A DNA stretch of 17,603 nt from Staphylococcus phage vB_SauP_phiAGO1.3: sequence record MG766218.1, one strand, 5' to 3'. Shown one piece after another: positions 1-7,824 of the stretch; positions within the stretch are counted from its first letter, which is position 1, and every line of letters starts with the position of its first letter. Position numbers and translations under genes: made by a program. The notes below the pieces were generated by a model, which saw only the letters and a program-made list of their open reading frames with translations, ran no database searches and had not been told where the DNA came from.

Positions 1-317
1 AAATATAATTAGGGAAAAAGTTAGTATAAATTTACACCTCCCCACCGTTTAAAATAAACGATTATAAAAATCAAAACTTATAAATTCACTTATCATTTCT
101 TTACTAAACGATTATAAAAATCAAAACTTATAAATTCACTTATCATTTCTTTACTAAACGATTATACAAATCAAAACTTATAAATTCACTTATCATTTCT
201 AAACTAAACTTATAAAAAACTGTTCAACAACTTAACTAACTTATCTAACCTATTACATATTCATCAAATACAAAATTTATACATCTATTGACTTTTATCA
301 AAAGTTATGATTGGAAC
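1..317. repeat. Left inverted terminal repeat (ITR) of a linear protein-primed phage genome
   Basis: The reverse complement of the last ~266 nt of the window matches nt 1-317. Positions 1-105 are identical except for one mismatch at position 9 (left ..ATAATTAGGG vs right ..ATAAATAGGG). The inner ~110 bp is about 85% identical with a 1-bp indel. Homology ends at ..GTTATGATTGGAAC (317). Confidence 0.85.
56..205. repeat. Tandem 50-bp direct repeats inside the left ITR: two identical copies and one variant copy
   Basis: The unit AAACGATTATAAAAATCAAAACTTATAAATTCACTTATCATTTCTTTACT occurs at 56-105 and 106-155. Copy 156-205 is a variant (ATACAAA; ..TTTCTAAACT). Confidence 0.9.
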
Positions 318-382
318 ATAAAATCTAATTTCTTCTATTAAATAGTAGTTTTAAATTATTTAAACTTTTTTAAGAAAAACTT

Positions 383-412
383 TTGACAAAACTTTTAAAC
401 GTTTGCTATACT
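383..412 (+). promoter_or_regulatory. Early sigma-A-type promoter: TTGACA, 18-bp spacer, TG-extended -10 TGcTATACT
   Basis: TTGACA at 383-388 and TGCTATACT at 404-412. It lies about 30 nt upstream of the AGGAGGT Shine-Dalgarno (431-437) of the first + strand ORF. Confidence 0.7.
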
Positions 413-444
413 AAGTATGTAATCAAAACAAGGAGGTAACAATA

Positions 445-747
445 ATGGTTAATGTTGATAATGCACCTGTAGAAAAAGGTCAAGCATATACTGAAATGTT
501 GCAACTATTCAATAAACTTATTCAATGGAATCCAGCTTATACATTTGACAATGCTATTAATTTAGTATCGGCTTGCCAACAACTATTATTAAACTATAAT
601 AGTTCTGTTGTTCAATTCTTAAATGATGAACTAAACAACGAAACTAAACCAGAATCTATTTTATCTTACATTGCTGGTGATGACTCAATAGAACAATGGA
701 ATATGCACAAAGGATTTTATGAAATGTATAACGTTTACGTTTTTTAG
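445..747 (+). CDS. Early protein of unknown function (100 aa)
   Basis: ATG at 445 preceded by AGGAGGT with 7-nt spacing. It is the first gene downstream of the early promoter. No recognisable motif. Confidence 0.7.
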   Translation: MVNVDNAPVEKGQAYTEMLQLFNKLIQWNPAYTFDNAINLVSACQQLLLNYNSSVVQFLNDELNNETKPESILSYIAGDDSIEQWNMHKGFYEMYNVYVF

Positions 748-764
748 AAAGGAGTGATATAATA

Positions 765-1001
765 ATGAAACCTGATGATATTGTTACATTACGAATTAAA
801 GGTTATATTCTTCACTATTTAGATGATAAAAATGAATATATTGAAGAATTTATACCACTTCATGAGTATCATTTATCAAAAACACAAGCAAAAGACTTAT
901 TACCTAATTCACACAAACTTTTATCCACTACACGCACAACAAAAACTATGCAAGTTTATTACAATGATTTACTACAAATTGCAATTGCAGAAAGCAAATA
1001 A
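765..1001 (+). CDS. Early protein of unknown function (78 aa)
   Basis: ATG at 765 preceded by AAAGGAGTG (748-756). Tightly packed after the previous ORF. Confidence 0.65.
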   Translation: MKPDDIVTLRIKGYILHYLDDKNEYIEEFIPLHEYHLSKTQAKDLLPNSHKLLSTTRTTKTMQVYYNDLLQIAIAESK

Positions 1002-1025
1002 TTTATAATAAGAGGAGAAATAAAA

Positions 1026-1394
1026 ATGACAAACGTAAAAGATATTTTATCAAGACACCAAAAAACATTAGCGAGATTTGAATTTGAGGAAAAAGAAAGA
1101 GAATTTATTAAACTATCAGAATTAGTAGAAAAATACGGTATGAAAAAAGAGTATATCGTTAGAGCATTATTCACAAATAAAGAATCAAAATTCGGTGAAC
1201 AAGGTGTTATCGTCACTGACGACTATAACGTAAACTTACCTAATCACTTAACAGAGTTAATTAAAGAAATGAGAGCAGACGAGGACATTGTTAACATTAT
1301 CAATGCTGGTGAAGTGCAATTTACAATTTATGAATATGAAAACAAAAAAGGTCAAAAAGGTTACTCAATCAACTTTGGTCAAGTATCATTTTAA
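1026..1394 (+). CDS. Early protein (122 aa), possibly an abundant DNA-binding/SSB-like protein. The function is inferred only from size, position and the terminator that follows.
   Basis: ATG at 1026 preceded by AGAGGAG (1011-1017). Followed directly by an intrinsic terminator, which suggests a short, highly expressed transcript, as for phi29 p5/p6. There is no motif-level proof. Confidence 0.6.
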   Translation: MTNVKDILSRHQKTLARFEFEEKEREFIKLSELVEKYGMKKEYIVRALFTNKESKFGEQGVIVTDDYNVNLPNHLTELIKEMRADEDIVNIINAGEVQFTIYEYENKKGQKGYSINFGQVSF

Positions 1395-1403
1395 TACAAT
1401 TTC

Positions 1404-1431
1404 ATAGGGGATACTTATCCCCTATTTTTTA
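1404..1431 (+). terminator. Rho-independent terminator inside the early operon
   Basis: Stem ATAGGGGAT (1404-1412) pairs with ATCCCCTAT (1417-1425) around loop ACTT, followed by TTTTTT. Confidence 0.7.
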
Positions 1432-1443
1432 TGAGGTGCTTAA

Positions 1444-1620
1444 ATGGAACGTAAATACAAAACGGTATTATTATATTGTGATGAGATTAAAGGACATTTA
1501 CCACATCAAATTGCAATGTTTGAAGATTTATATGACGCTAAAGTTGTATACTCGTATTATGAATACAACCTGTTCACTAAAAAATATGCGTATATCATAG
1601 AATACATTAAGGAGATATAA
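1444..1620 (+). CDS. Small early ORF (58 aa), absent from the supplied ORF track
   Basis: ATG at 1444 preceded by GAGGTG (6-nt spacer). Translation begins MERKYKTVLLYCDEIKGHLPHQIAMFEDLYDAKVVYSYYEYNLFTKKYAYIIEYIKEI. Stop TAA at 1618-1620. Its last codons (AAGGAGAT) supply the RBS of the next gene. Confidence 0.5.
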   Translation: MERKYKTVLLYCDEIKGHLPHQIAMFEDLYDAKVVYSYYEYNLFTKKYAYIIEYIKEI

Positions 1621-1622
1621 AA

Positions 1623-2036
1623 ATGAAAATTACAACAACATTAAACATAAAAAAATTAATTAATTATATTTTAGATAATAGAGATTGTTTTATGAATAAA
1701 ATAACAAAATTTACATCACTAAGTGGAAAATGTGTTGTTTATGTTAGATACGGTGAAATTTCTATTGAATACTATGATAGTGATACAAAAAACAATAATG
1801 ATTTATTTACTTTAGACATTGACGTTGATATTAATAAACATGTCTTTAATATTCTTAAAGTTTATTATATAAAACATACATCAGATACAAACATATTATA
1901 TAAAAAAGATTTATTCACGGAATGCACTATTGATGATGTATTAGTACATTTTGATAATCCAGTTGAAAGTGATATTACTATTTTTTACCAAAATAAAGTT
2001 ATTTATGAATACGGGAAAGTGATAGACTATGAATAA
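1623..2036 (+). CDS. Early protein of unknown function (137 aa)
   Basis: ATG at 1623 preceded by AAGGAGAT (1609-1616). Confidence 0.65.
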   Translation: MKITTTLNIKKLINYILDNRDCFMNKITKFTSLSGKCVVYVRYGEISIEYYDSDTKNNNDLFTLDIDVDINKHVFNILKVYYIKHTSDTNILYKKDLFTECTIDDVLVHFDNPVESDITIFYQNKVIYEYGKVIDYE

Positions 2037-2196
2037 TATACTGGATATTATTATTGTATTTCTTTTAGCATTTTTAATTACACTGATTATACTTATGACA
2101 CTGCATATACGTGTGTCATTTGGTGTTTTATTCACTGTATTAATTATATTCTATATTATCTTTTTAATGGTTATTTACGCTTTATATGGAGGTTGA
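2029..2196 (+). CDS. Small hydrophobic (membrane) ORF, 55 aa, absent from the supplied ORF track
   Basis: ATG at 2029 overlaps the stop of the previous ORF. Translation MNNILDIIIVFLLAFLITLIILMTLHIRVSFGVLFTVLIIFYIIFLMVIYALYGG gives two predicted transmembrane (TM) segments. A weak GGGAAAG lies upstream. It ends in TGA at 2194-2196, which overlaps the RBS/start of the next gene. Confidence 0.45.
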   Translation: MNNILDIIIVFLLAFLITLIILMTLHIRVSFGVLFTVLIIFYIIFLMVIYALYGG

Positions 2197-2201
2197 TAAC
2201 A

Positions 2202-2684
2202 TTGGTTAGACATACGTCTGAAATGGATAGATGGAAAAAAGAAAGAGAAGCTAGAAAAGAGCAAGAAAAAGATTTATTTTTAAATGATTTTAGTAATGTT
2301 AATTTTAAATTTGATGATAAAGATTTACAAGAGGCGTACATAGACGCATGGAAACATTTCGCACATTTGCCCTATTTTCCAAAAGAAAGAAACGTGTCAT
2401 ATGTAAATGCTGTATCATTGGTAAGAGGTAAAAGACATGAACAATTAAACTATATACTTGAAATATATAACCGTAAAGATGAATCTAATAATAAAAACGC
2501 TAAAAAACATAAATATGCTTTATATGATTTACAAGCAAAAAATAATAATTCTTCTATGTATAAATATATAAAGGAAATTGACACTTTATACAAAGAAATT
2601 GGTAAATCAGATAGACCAGTGACTACTATTGATGATGAAGATGTGAGGTATAACTTTTTATATTATGCAACATTTGAAGACTAA
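2202..2684 (+). CDS. Basic Lys/Glu-rich early protein (~160 aa) with a probable TTG start. It is a candidate for a replication accessory protein or the unidentified terminal protein.
   Basis: The ORF is open from 2193. GGAGGT at 2188-2193 is followed by TTG at 2202 with 8-nt spacing. The first in-frame ATG (2223) has no RBS. The sequence begins [26 protein letters not shown]. Confidence 0.55.
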   Translation: MVRHTSEMDRWKKEREARKEQEKDLFLNDFSNVNFKFDDKDLQEAYIDAWKHFAHLPYFPKERNVSYVNAVSLVRGKRHEQLNYILEIYNRKDESNNKNAKKHKYALYDLQAKNNNSSMYKYIKEIDTLYKEIGKSDRPVTTIDDEDVRYNFLYYATFED

Positions 2685-2731
2685 TTTTAATACTGTAAAC
2701 GACATAATAAACTATTATAAGGAGCAAAAAT

Positions 2732-3979
2732 ATGGTAAAACAAAATCGTCTAGATATGGTAAGAGATTATCAAAATGCAGTTTATCATGTAAGGAAAAAA
2801 ATACCTGATAACTATAATCAAATAGAATTAGTTGATGAACTCATGAATGATGATATAGACTATTATATATCTATTTCAAACCGTTCTGACGGAAAATCGT
2901 TCAACTATGTTTCATTTTTTATTTATTTAGCTATTAAACTTGATATAAAATTTACTTTATTATCACGTCATTATACATTACGTGACGCTTACCGTGATTT
3001 TATTGAGGAAATCATAGATCAAAACCCACTATTCAAATCTAAGCGTGTCACTTTCAGAAGCGCTAGAGACTATTTAGCTATTATCTATCAAGATAAAGAA
3101 ATTGGCGTGATTACAGATTTGAATAGTGCCACTGATTTAAAATATCATTCTAACTTTTTAAAACACTATCCTATTATTATATATGATGAATTCTTAGCGC
3201 TTGAAGATGACTATTTAATTGATGAGTGGGATAAGTTAAAAACAATATATGAATCAATCGACCGTAACCATGGTAATGTTGATTATATTGGCTTCCCTAA
3301 AATGTTTTTATTAGGTAATGCGGTCAACTTTTCAAGTCCTATATTATCCAATTTAAATATATACAACTTATTACAAAAACACAAAATGAATACATCACGA
3401 CTTTACAAAAACATTTTTTTAGAAATGCGAAGAAACGATTACGTCAATGAAAAGCGTAACACTCGTGCGTTCAATTCAAACGATGACGCTATGACAACTG
3501 GTGAGTTTGAATTTAACGAATATAATTTGGCAGATGATAATTTAAGAAATCATATTAACCAAAACGGTGATTTTTTCTATATTAAAACTGAAGATAAATA
3601 TATAAAAATTATGTATAATGTTGATACATTTAATGCTAACATCATTGTTATACCTTATACAAAACAATATGAGTTTTGTACTAAAATCAAAGATATAGAC
3701 GACAATGTTATTTATCTAAGAGAAGATATGTTTTATAAAGAAAACATGGAACGTTATTATTACAATCCAAGCAATTTACATTTTGACAATGCATATTCGA
3801 AAAATTACGTGGTTGATAATGATAGATATTTATATTTAGACATGAATAAAATTATAAAATTTCATATAAAAAATGAAATGAAGAAAAATATGAGTGAATT
3901 TGAAAGAAAAGAAAAAATATACGAAGATAACTATATAGAGAATACGAAAAAGTATCTAATGAAACAATACGGGTTATAA
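2732..3979 (+). CDS. DNA encapsidation (packaging) ATPase, phi29 gp16-like
   Basis: 415 aa. A degenerate Walker A lies in [12 protein letters not shown] (GKS) and a Walker B in [17 protein letters not shown] (2719-2724). The position immediately upstream of the DNA polymerase matches the 44AHJD/P68-type layout. Confidence 0.8.
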   Translation: MVKQNRLDMVRDYQNAVYHVRKKIPDNYNQIELVDELMNDDIDYYISISNRSDGKSFNYVSFFIYLAIKLDIKFTLLSRHYTLRDAYRDFIEEIIDQNPLFKSKRVTFRSARDYLAIIYQDKEIGVITDLNSATDLKYHSNFLKHYPIIIYDEFLALEDDYLIDEWDKLKTIYESIDRNHGNVDYIGFPKMFLLGNAVNFSSPILSNLNIYNLLQKHKMNTSRLYKNIFLEMRRNDYVNEKRNTRAFNSNDDAMTTGEFEFNEYNLADDNLRNHINQNGDFFYIKTEDKYIKIMYNVDTFNANIIVIPYTKQYEFCTKIKDIDDNVIYLREDMFYKENMERYYYNPSNLHFDNAYSKNYVVDNDRYLYLDMNKIIKFHIKNEMKKNMSEFERKEKIYEDNYIENTKKYLMKQYGL

Positions 3980-3994
3980 AAGGTGTGTAATATT

Positions 3995-6280
3995 ATGGGA
4001 TTACTTGAGTGTATGAAATATCATAAAAATCAACGCAAAATGATATTGTATTGGGATATTGAAACATTATCATACAATAAAATAAACGGACGTAATAAAC
4101 CAACGCTATATAAAAACGTAACGTATTCTGTTGCGATTGGTTGGTTTAATGGTTACGAAATTGATGTTGAAGTATTCCCTAGTTTTGAAGCTTTTTATGA
4201 TGATTTTTACAAGTATGTTAACCGTCGTGATACAATCACGAAATCAAAAACAGATATTATTATGATTGCACATAACTGTAATAAGTACGACAATCATTTT
4301 TTACTTAAAGATACCATGCGTTACTTTGATAATATCACACGTGAAAATATATATTTAAAATCAGCAGAAGAAAATGAACACACGTTGAAAATGCAAGAAG
4401 CTACTATCTTAGCTAAAAATCAAAATGTGATTTTAGAAAAACGTGTAAAATCCTCTATTAATTTAGACTTAACGATGTTTTTAAATGGTTTTAAATTTAA
4501 TATTATAGATAACTTTATGAAAACTAATACATCAATAGCAACATTAGGTAAGAAATTACTTGACGGAGGTTATTTAACAGAAAACCAACTTAAAACAGAT
4601 TTTAATTATACAATTTTTGATAAAGATAATGATATGTCAGATAGTGAAGCCTATGACTATGCTGTAAAGTGTTTCGCTAAACTCACACCTGAACAACTTA
4701 CATACATTCATAATGACGTGATTATATTAGGTATGTGTCATATTCATTATAGTGATATATTCCCAAATTTTGACTATAACAAATTAACATTCTCATTGAA
4801 TATTATGGAATCTTACTTGAATAATGAGATGACACGTTTTCAGTTACTCAATCAATATCAAGATATTAAAATATCTTACACACATTACCAATTCCATGAT
4901 ATGAATTTTTATGACTATATCAAATCGTTTTACCGTGGTGGTTTAAATATGTATAACACCAAATATATCAATAAACTTATTGATGAGCCATGTTTTTCTA
5001 TTGACATCAATTCGAGTTATCCTTATGTGATGTATCATGAGAAAATTCCGACATGGTTATACTTTTACGAACACTATTCAGAACCAACATTAATCCCTAC
5101 TTTTTTAGATGATGATAATTATTTTTCATTATATAAGATTGATAAAGAGGTATTTAACGATGAGGTATTAATTAAAATCAAATCACGTGTATTACGTCAG
5201 ATGATTGTTAAATACTACAATAATGATAACGATTACGTTAATATCAACACAAACACATTAAGAATGATACAAGACATTACGGGTATTGATTGCACACATA
5301 TACGTGTTAATTCGTTTGTGGTATATGAATGTGAATACTTCCACGCACGAGATATTATATTTCAAAACTATTTTATTAAAACACAAGGTAAATTAAAGAA
5401 TAAAATCAATATGACAACACCTTACGACTATCACATTACAGATGAAATTAACGAACACCCCTACTCAAATGAAGAAGTTATGTTATCAAAAGTCGTTTTA
5501 AATGGTTTATATGGTATACCTGCTTTACGTTCACACTTTAATTTATTTCGTTTAGATGAAAACAATGAATTGTATAATATCATTAACGGTTACAAAAACA
5601 CTGAACGTAATATATTATTCTCTACATTTGTCACATCACGTTCATTGTATAACTTATTGGTACCTTTCCAATACTTAACGGAAAGTGAAATTGATGACAA
5701 TTTTATTTATTGCGATACTGATAGTTTGTATATGAAATCCGTTGTTAAACCCTTATTGAACCCCAGTTTATTCGACCCGATAGCCTTAGGTAAATGGGAT
5801 ATTGAAAACGAACAGATAGATAAGATGTTTGTACTGAATCATAAAAAATATGCATATGAAGTGAATGGAAAGATTAAAATTGCCTCTGCTGGTATACCGA
5901 AAAACGCCTTTGATACAAGCGTCGATTTTGAAACCTTTGTACGTGAACAATTCTTTGACGGTGCCATAATTGAAAACAATAAAAGTATATATAATGAGCA
6001 AGGTACAATATCGATATATCCGTCTAAAACTGAAATTGTATGTGGTAATGTATATGATGAATATTTTACTGATGAACTTAATATGAAACGTGAATTTATA
6101 TTAAAAGACGCTAGAGAAAATTTTGACCATAGTCAATTTGATGATATTCTTTATATTGAAAGTGACATTGGTTCATTTTCACTTAACGACTTATTTCCAT
6201 TTGTACGTTCAGTACATAATAAATCAAATTTAAATATATTAAAAATGCAACACGATGACATCAAAAAAGGCAACTGTTAA
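3995..6280 (+). CDS. Protein-primed family-B DNA polymerase
   Basis: Exo I YWDIETLS (DIE at 4055-4063), Exo II AHNCNKYDNHF, Exo III YIHNDVIIL, motif A DINSSYPYVM, motif B KVVLNGLYG, motif C YCDTDS (5708-5725) and KxY NHKKYAY are all present. The ORF is open from GTG 3983. ATG 3995 is preferred because AGGTG (3981-3985) lies 9 nt upstream. Confidence 0.93.
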   Translation: MGLLECMKYHKNQRKMILYWDIETLSYNKINGRNKPTLYKNVTYSVAIGWFNGYEIDVEVFPSFEAFYDDFYKYVNRRDTITKSKTDIIMIAHNCNKYDNHFLLKDTMRYFDNITRENIYLKSAEENEHTLKMQEATILAKNQNVILEKRVKSSINLDLTMFLNGFKFNIIDNFMKTNTSIATLGKKLLDGGYLTENQLKTDFNYTIFDKDNDMSDSEAYDYAVKCFAKLTPEQLTYIHNDVIILGMCHIHYSDIFPNFDYNKLTFSLNIMESYLNNEMTRFQLLNQYQDIKISYTHYQFHDMNFYDYIKSFYRGGLNMYNTKYINKLIDEPCFSIDINSSYPYVMYHEKIPTWLYFYEHYSEPTLIPTFLDDDNYFSLYKIDKEVFNDEVLIKIKSRVLRQMIVKYYNNDNDYVNINTNTLRMIQDITGIDCTHIRVNSFVVYECEYFHARDIIFQNYFIKTQGKLKNKINMTTPYDYHITDEINEHPYSNEEVMLSKVVLNGLYGIPALRSHFNLFRLDENNELYNIINGYKNTERNILFSTFVTSRSLYNLLVPFQYLTESEIDDNFIYCDTDSLYMKSVVKPLLNPSLFDPIALGKWDIENEQIDKMFVLNHKKYAYEVNGKIKIASAGIPKNAFDTSVDFETFVREQFFDGAIIENNKSIYNEQGTISIYPSKTEIVCGNVYDEYFTDELNMKREFILKDARENFDHSQFDDILYIESDIGSFSLNDLFPFVRSVHNKSNLNILKMQHDDIKKGNC

Positions 6281-6300
6281 ATAACAGTCGCCTTTTTCTT
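6263..6300. terminator. Bidirectional intrinsic terminator between the convergent early (+) and late (-) operons
   Basis: Stem GGCAACTGTT (6269-6278) pairs with AACAGTCGCC (6283-6292) with one mismatch around loop AAAT. An A-tract (6263-6268) and a T-tract (6293-6300) flank it. The polymerase stop codon lies in the loop. Confidence 0.65.
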
Positions 6301-6393
6301 TTGAGATAACTTGAAAAATGTGTACGAAAATTGATTATGTTTTGTATTTTATTTACTAGCATTACTAGCATGAGTTCATTATAGCATACATCT

Positions 6394-7824
6394 TTATGCA
6401 ATACCACTGAAGAATACAATATTATCACCTGCATTTTCAGGTACACCATTAATGAGTGTATATAACACAACACGTGACGGAGCAACGTAAGGTGGAACAT
6501 TATAGTTTGCGACTAAGAATGAACCATCATCAAACACTGCTACTACAACACCTGTATGACCAATTCCATATATACTTGCTTGTAAGTATGGTGGTTTACT
6601 AGAGAATCCATATCCAACGGTAGGATTATGTGTGGTTTTCGCTCCTAATTTTTTATAAACATACCACACACGTTGACCGTTTGTTACTTGTCCATCATCA
6701 GTTGGTTGTCTTTTTCCATGTAGTTGTGACATATACGCCCATGTTAATTCTGTACACTGTCCTGCATTACCCGTTTGAGGGAATATGTTACCTGGTTTGT
6801 ATAAATATTCTTTTTTGAATAAAGGTACACCAATTGCTTTTTTATATTTTTCTGGTAATTGGTCATACGTCCAGTTACCACCTATCACACGACCACTTTT
6901 TCCGTTTGGTTTCACAGATTTACCACTAATCGCATTATGCTCACCATCGTCATCAGTAGGGTTTGAACTTCCACCATCTATTTGCACACTATCAATGAGC
7001 TTTTTTAATGAGTCGAGTAGTCCAATTGTCATTTTAATATGATACGTGTTGTTAAATGTTTTTTGTAATGTAAAATAATCATTACTAAAAAATTTATCAC
7101 TACCAATACTATGCACGTCCCATTGTAATGCGTCTTGAACTTTTTTTAATAATTCTTGCATGGCTTGTTTTGCTAAAGCAAGTAATGAGCTACCTCCACT
7201 ATCAGAACCACTGTCAGATGAATCACTAGGTGAACCACCTTTTCCATCTATTTTACCACCCCACGCAAGAATAGTATTAGCACCATCTAAAAACGGATTA
7301 CCGTAATTTTGTACCTTGTTATATGACGCATTCAAACCTGGTGGATAATATGCCGCCCAAGTAGCCGCCGCTGTTAATGGAATATATGCACGTCCAATTG
7401 TACCTGCTTTCATATTTTTAGCAAAATCTGCATTACCTTTTCTTTGTACGTCTTGTGGTACAAAATGCACTGGATTACCGTAATCATACCAAGACGGTTG
7501 TCCAGCTTGTTTTGATTGTGATACTAATTTTCTTGCTATGAATTTAGCGTCTGTTAAATAATCACCACGTGCAGACGTATGATTTAACCAACCTAAACCA
7601 GCACTATAACCCTCATTTTTTTCATATACGGCAAAAAGAGTAGGTGATACACCTATCTCTTTTACTGCTTTTAATACTTGTCTGATTTTACTTTCATTAC
7701 CACCTAGCCATACATTAAAGCGCCCATATCCTTTTACTTTAGGGACTAACTGGTCTATCGTTAAACCGAAATCATCATTAATATACGAATGTGTAAATTT
7801 ATCTATCTTCTCTTGGTCGTTCAT
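6394..7824 (-). CDS. Tail-associated peptidoglycan hydrolase: lysozyme-like N-domain, Ser/Gly-rich linker, C-terminal CHAP peptidase (analogue of phi29 gp13)
   Basis: A CHAP Cys/His signature is present (NAGQCTELTWAY ... GIGHTGVVVAV). The linker is GGSPSDSSDSGSDSGGSS. The N-terminal region resembles the lysozyme-like domain of phi29 gp13. It is the last gene of the late operon, after the holin. The ORF is open from GTG 7833. ATG 7824 (MNDQEK) is preferred, with a weak AAAGAG RBS. Confidence 0.8.
   Translation of the reverse strand: MNDQEKIDKFTHSYINDDFGLTIDQLVPKVKGYGRFNVWLGGNESKIRQVLKAVKEIGVSPTLFAVYEKNEGYSAGLGWLNHTSARGDYLTDAKFIARKLVSQSKQAGQPSWYDYGNPVHFVPQDVQRKGNADFAKNMKAGTIGRAYIPLTAAATWAAYYPPGLNASYNKVQNYGNPFLDGANTILAWGGKIDGKGGSPSDSSDSGSDSGGSSLLALAKQAMQELLKKVQDALQWDVHSIGSDKFFSNDYFTLQKTFNNTYHIKMTIGLLDSLKKLIDSVQIDGGSSNPTDDDGEHNAISGKSVKPNGKSGRVIGGNWTYDQLPEKYKKAIGVPLFKKEYLYKPGNIFPQTGNAGQCTELTWAYMSQLHGKRQPTDDGQVTNGQRVWYVYKKLGAKTTHNPTVGYGFSSKPPYLQASIYGIGHTGVVVAVFDDGSFLVANYNVPPYVAPSRVVLYTLINGVPENAGDNIVFFSGIA

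Noticed and set aside
56-205. The 50-bp direct repeats could be taken for a CRISPR array or an iteron array
   Set aside because: The units are contiguous with no unique spacers and are mirrored at both genome ends inside the inverted terminal repeat. No cas genes are present. They fit terminal-repeat/origin architecture better.
823-1008. + strand ORF (61 aa) overlapping ORF 765-1001 in another frame
   Set aside because: It is entirely nested in a better-supported ORF that has an RBS, and it has no Shine-Dalgarno of its own.
959-1216. - strand ORF (85 aa), antisense to early genes
   Set aside because: It is antisense across two well-supported + strand genes that have RBSs. It has no RBS, and its low-complexity AT-rich codon composition is typical of a spurious ORF in AT-rich DNA.
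1941-2135. - strand ORF (64 aa)
   Set aside because: It is antisense to the 137-aa ORF and to the hydrophobic 55-aa ORF. It has no RBS, and in this region the + strand carries the operon.
5786-6001. - strand ORF (71 aa) inside the DNA polymerase gene
   Set aside because: It is antisense within a gene whose frame is validated by multiple catalytic motifs.
6353-6370. Tandem 9-bp repeat TTACTAGCA x2 in the convergent intergenic spacer
   Set aside because: It is too short and isolated to call functional and could be chance. It is noted only as a possible minor protein-binding site.
6261-6500. - strand ORF (79 aa) spanning the terminator region
   Set aside because: It overlaps the bidirectional terminator hairpin and the 3' end of the tail lysin gene in another frame, and it has no RBS.
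6630-7042. + strand ORFs (62 and 85 aa) inside the tail lysin gene
   Set aside because: They are antisense to a gene with clear CHAP motifs. The + strand has a terminator upstream at 6263-6300 and no promoter.
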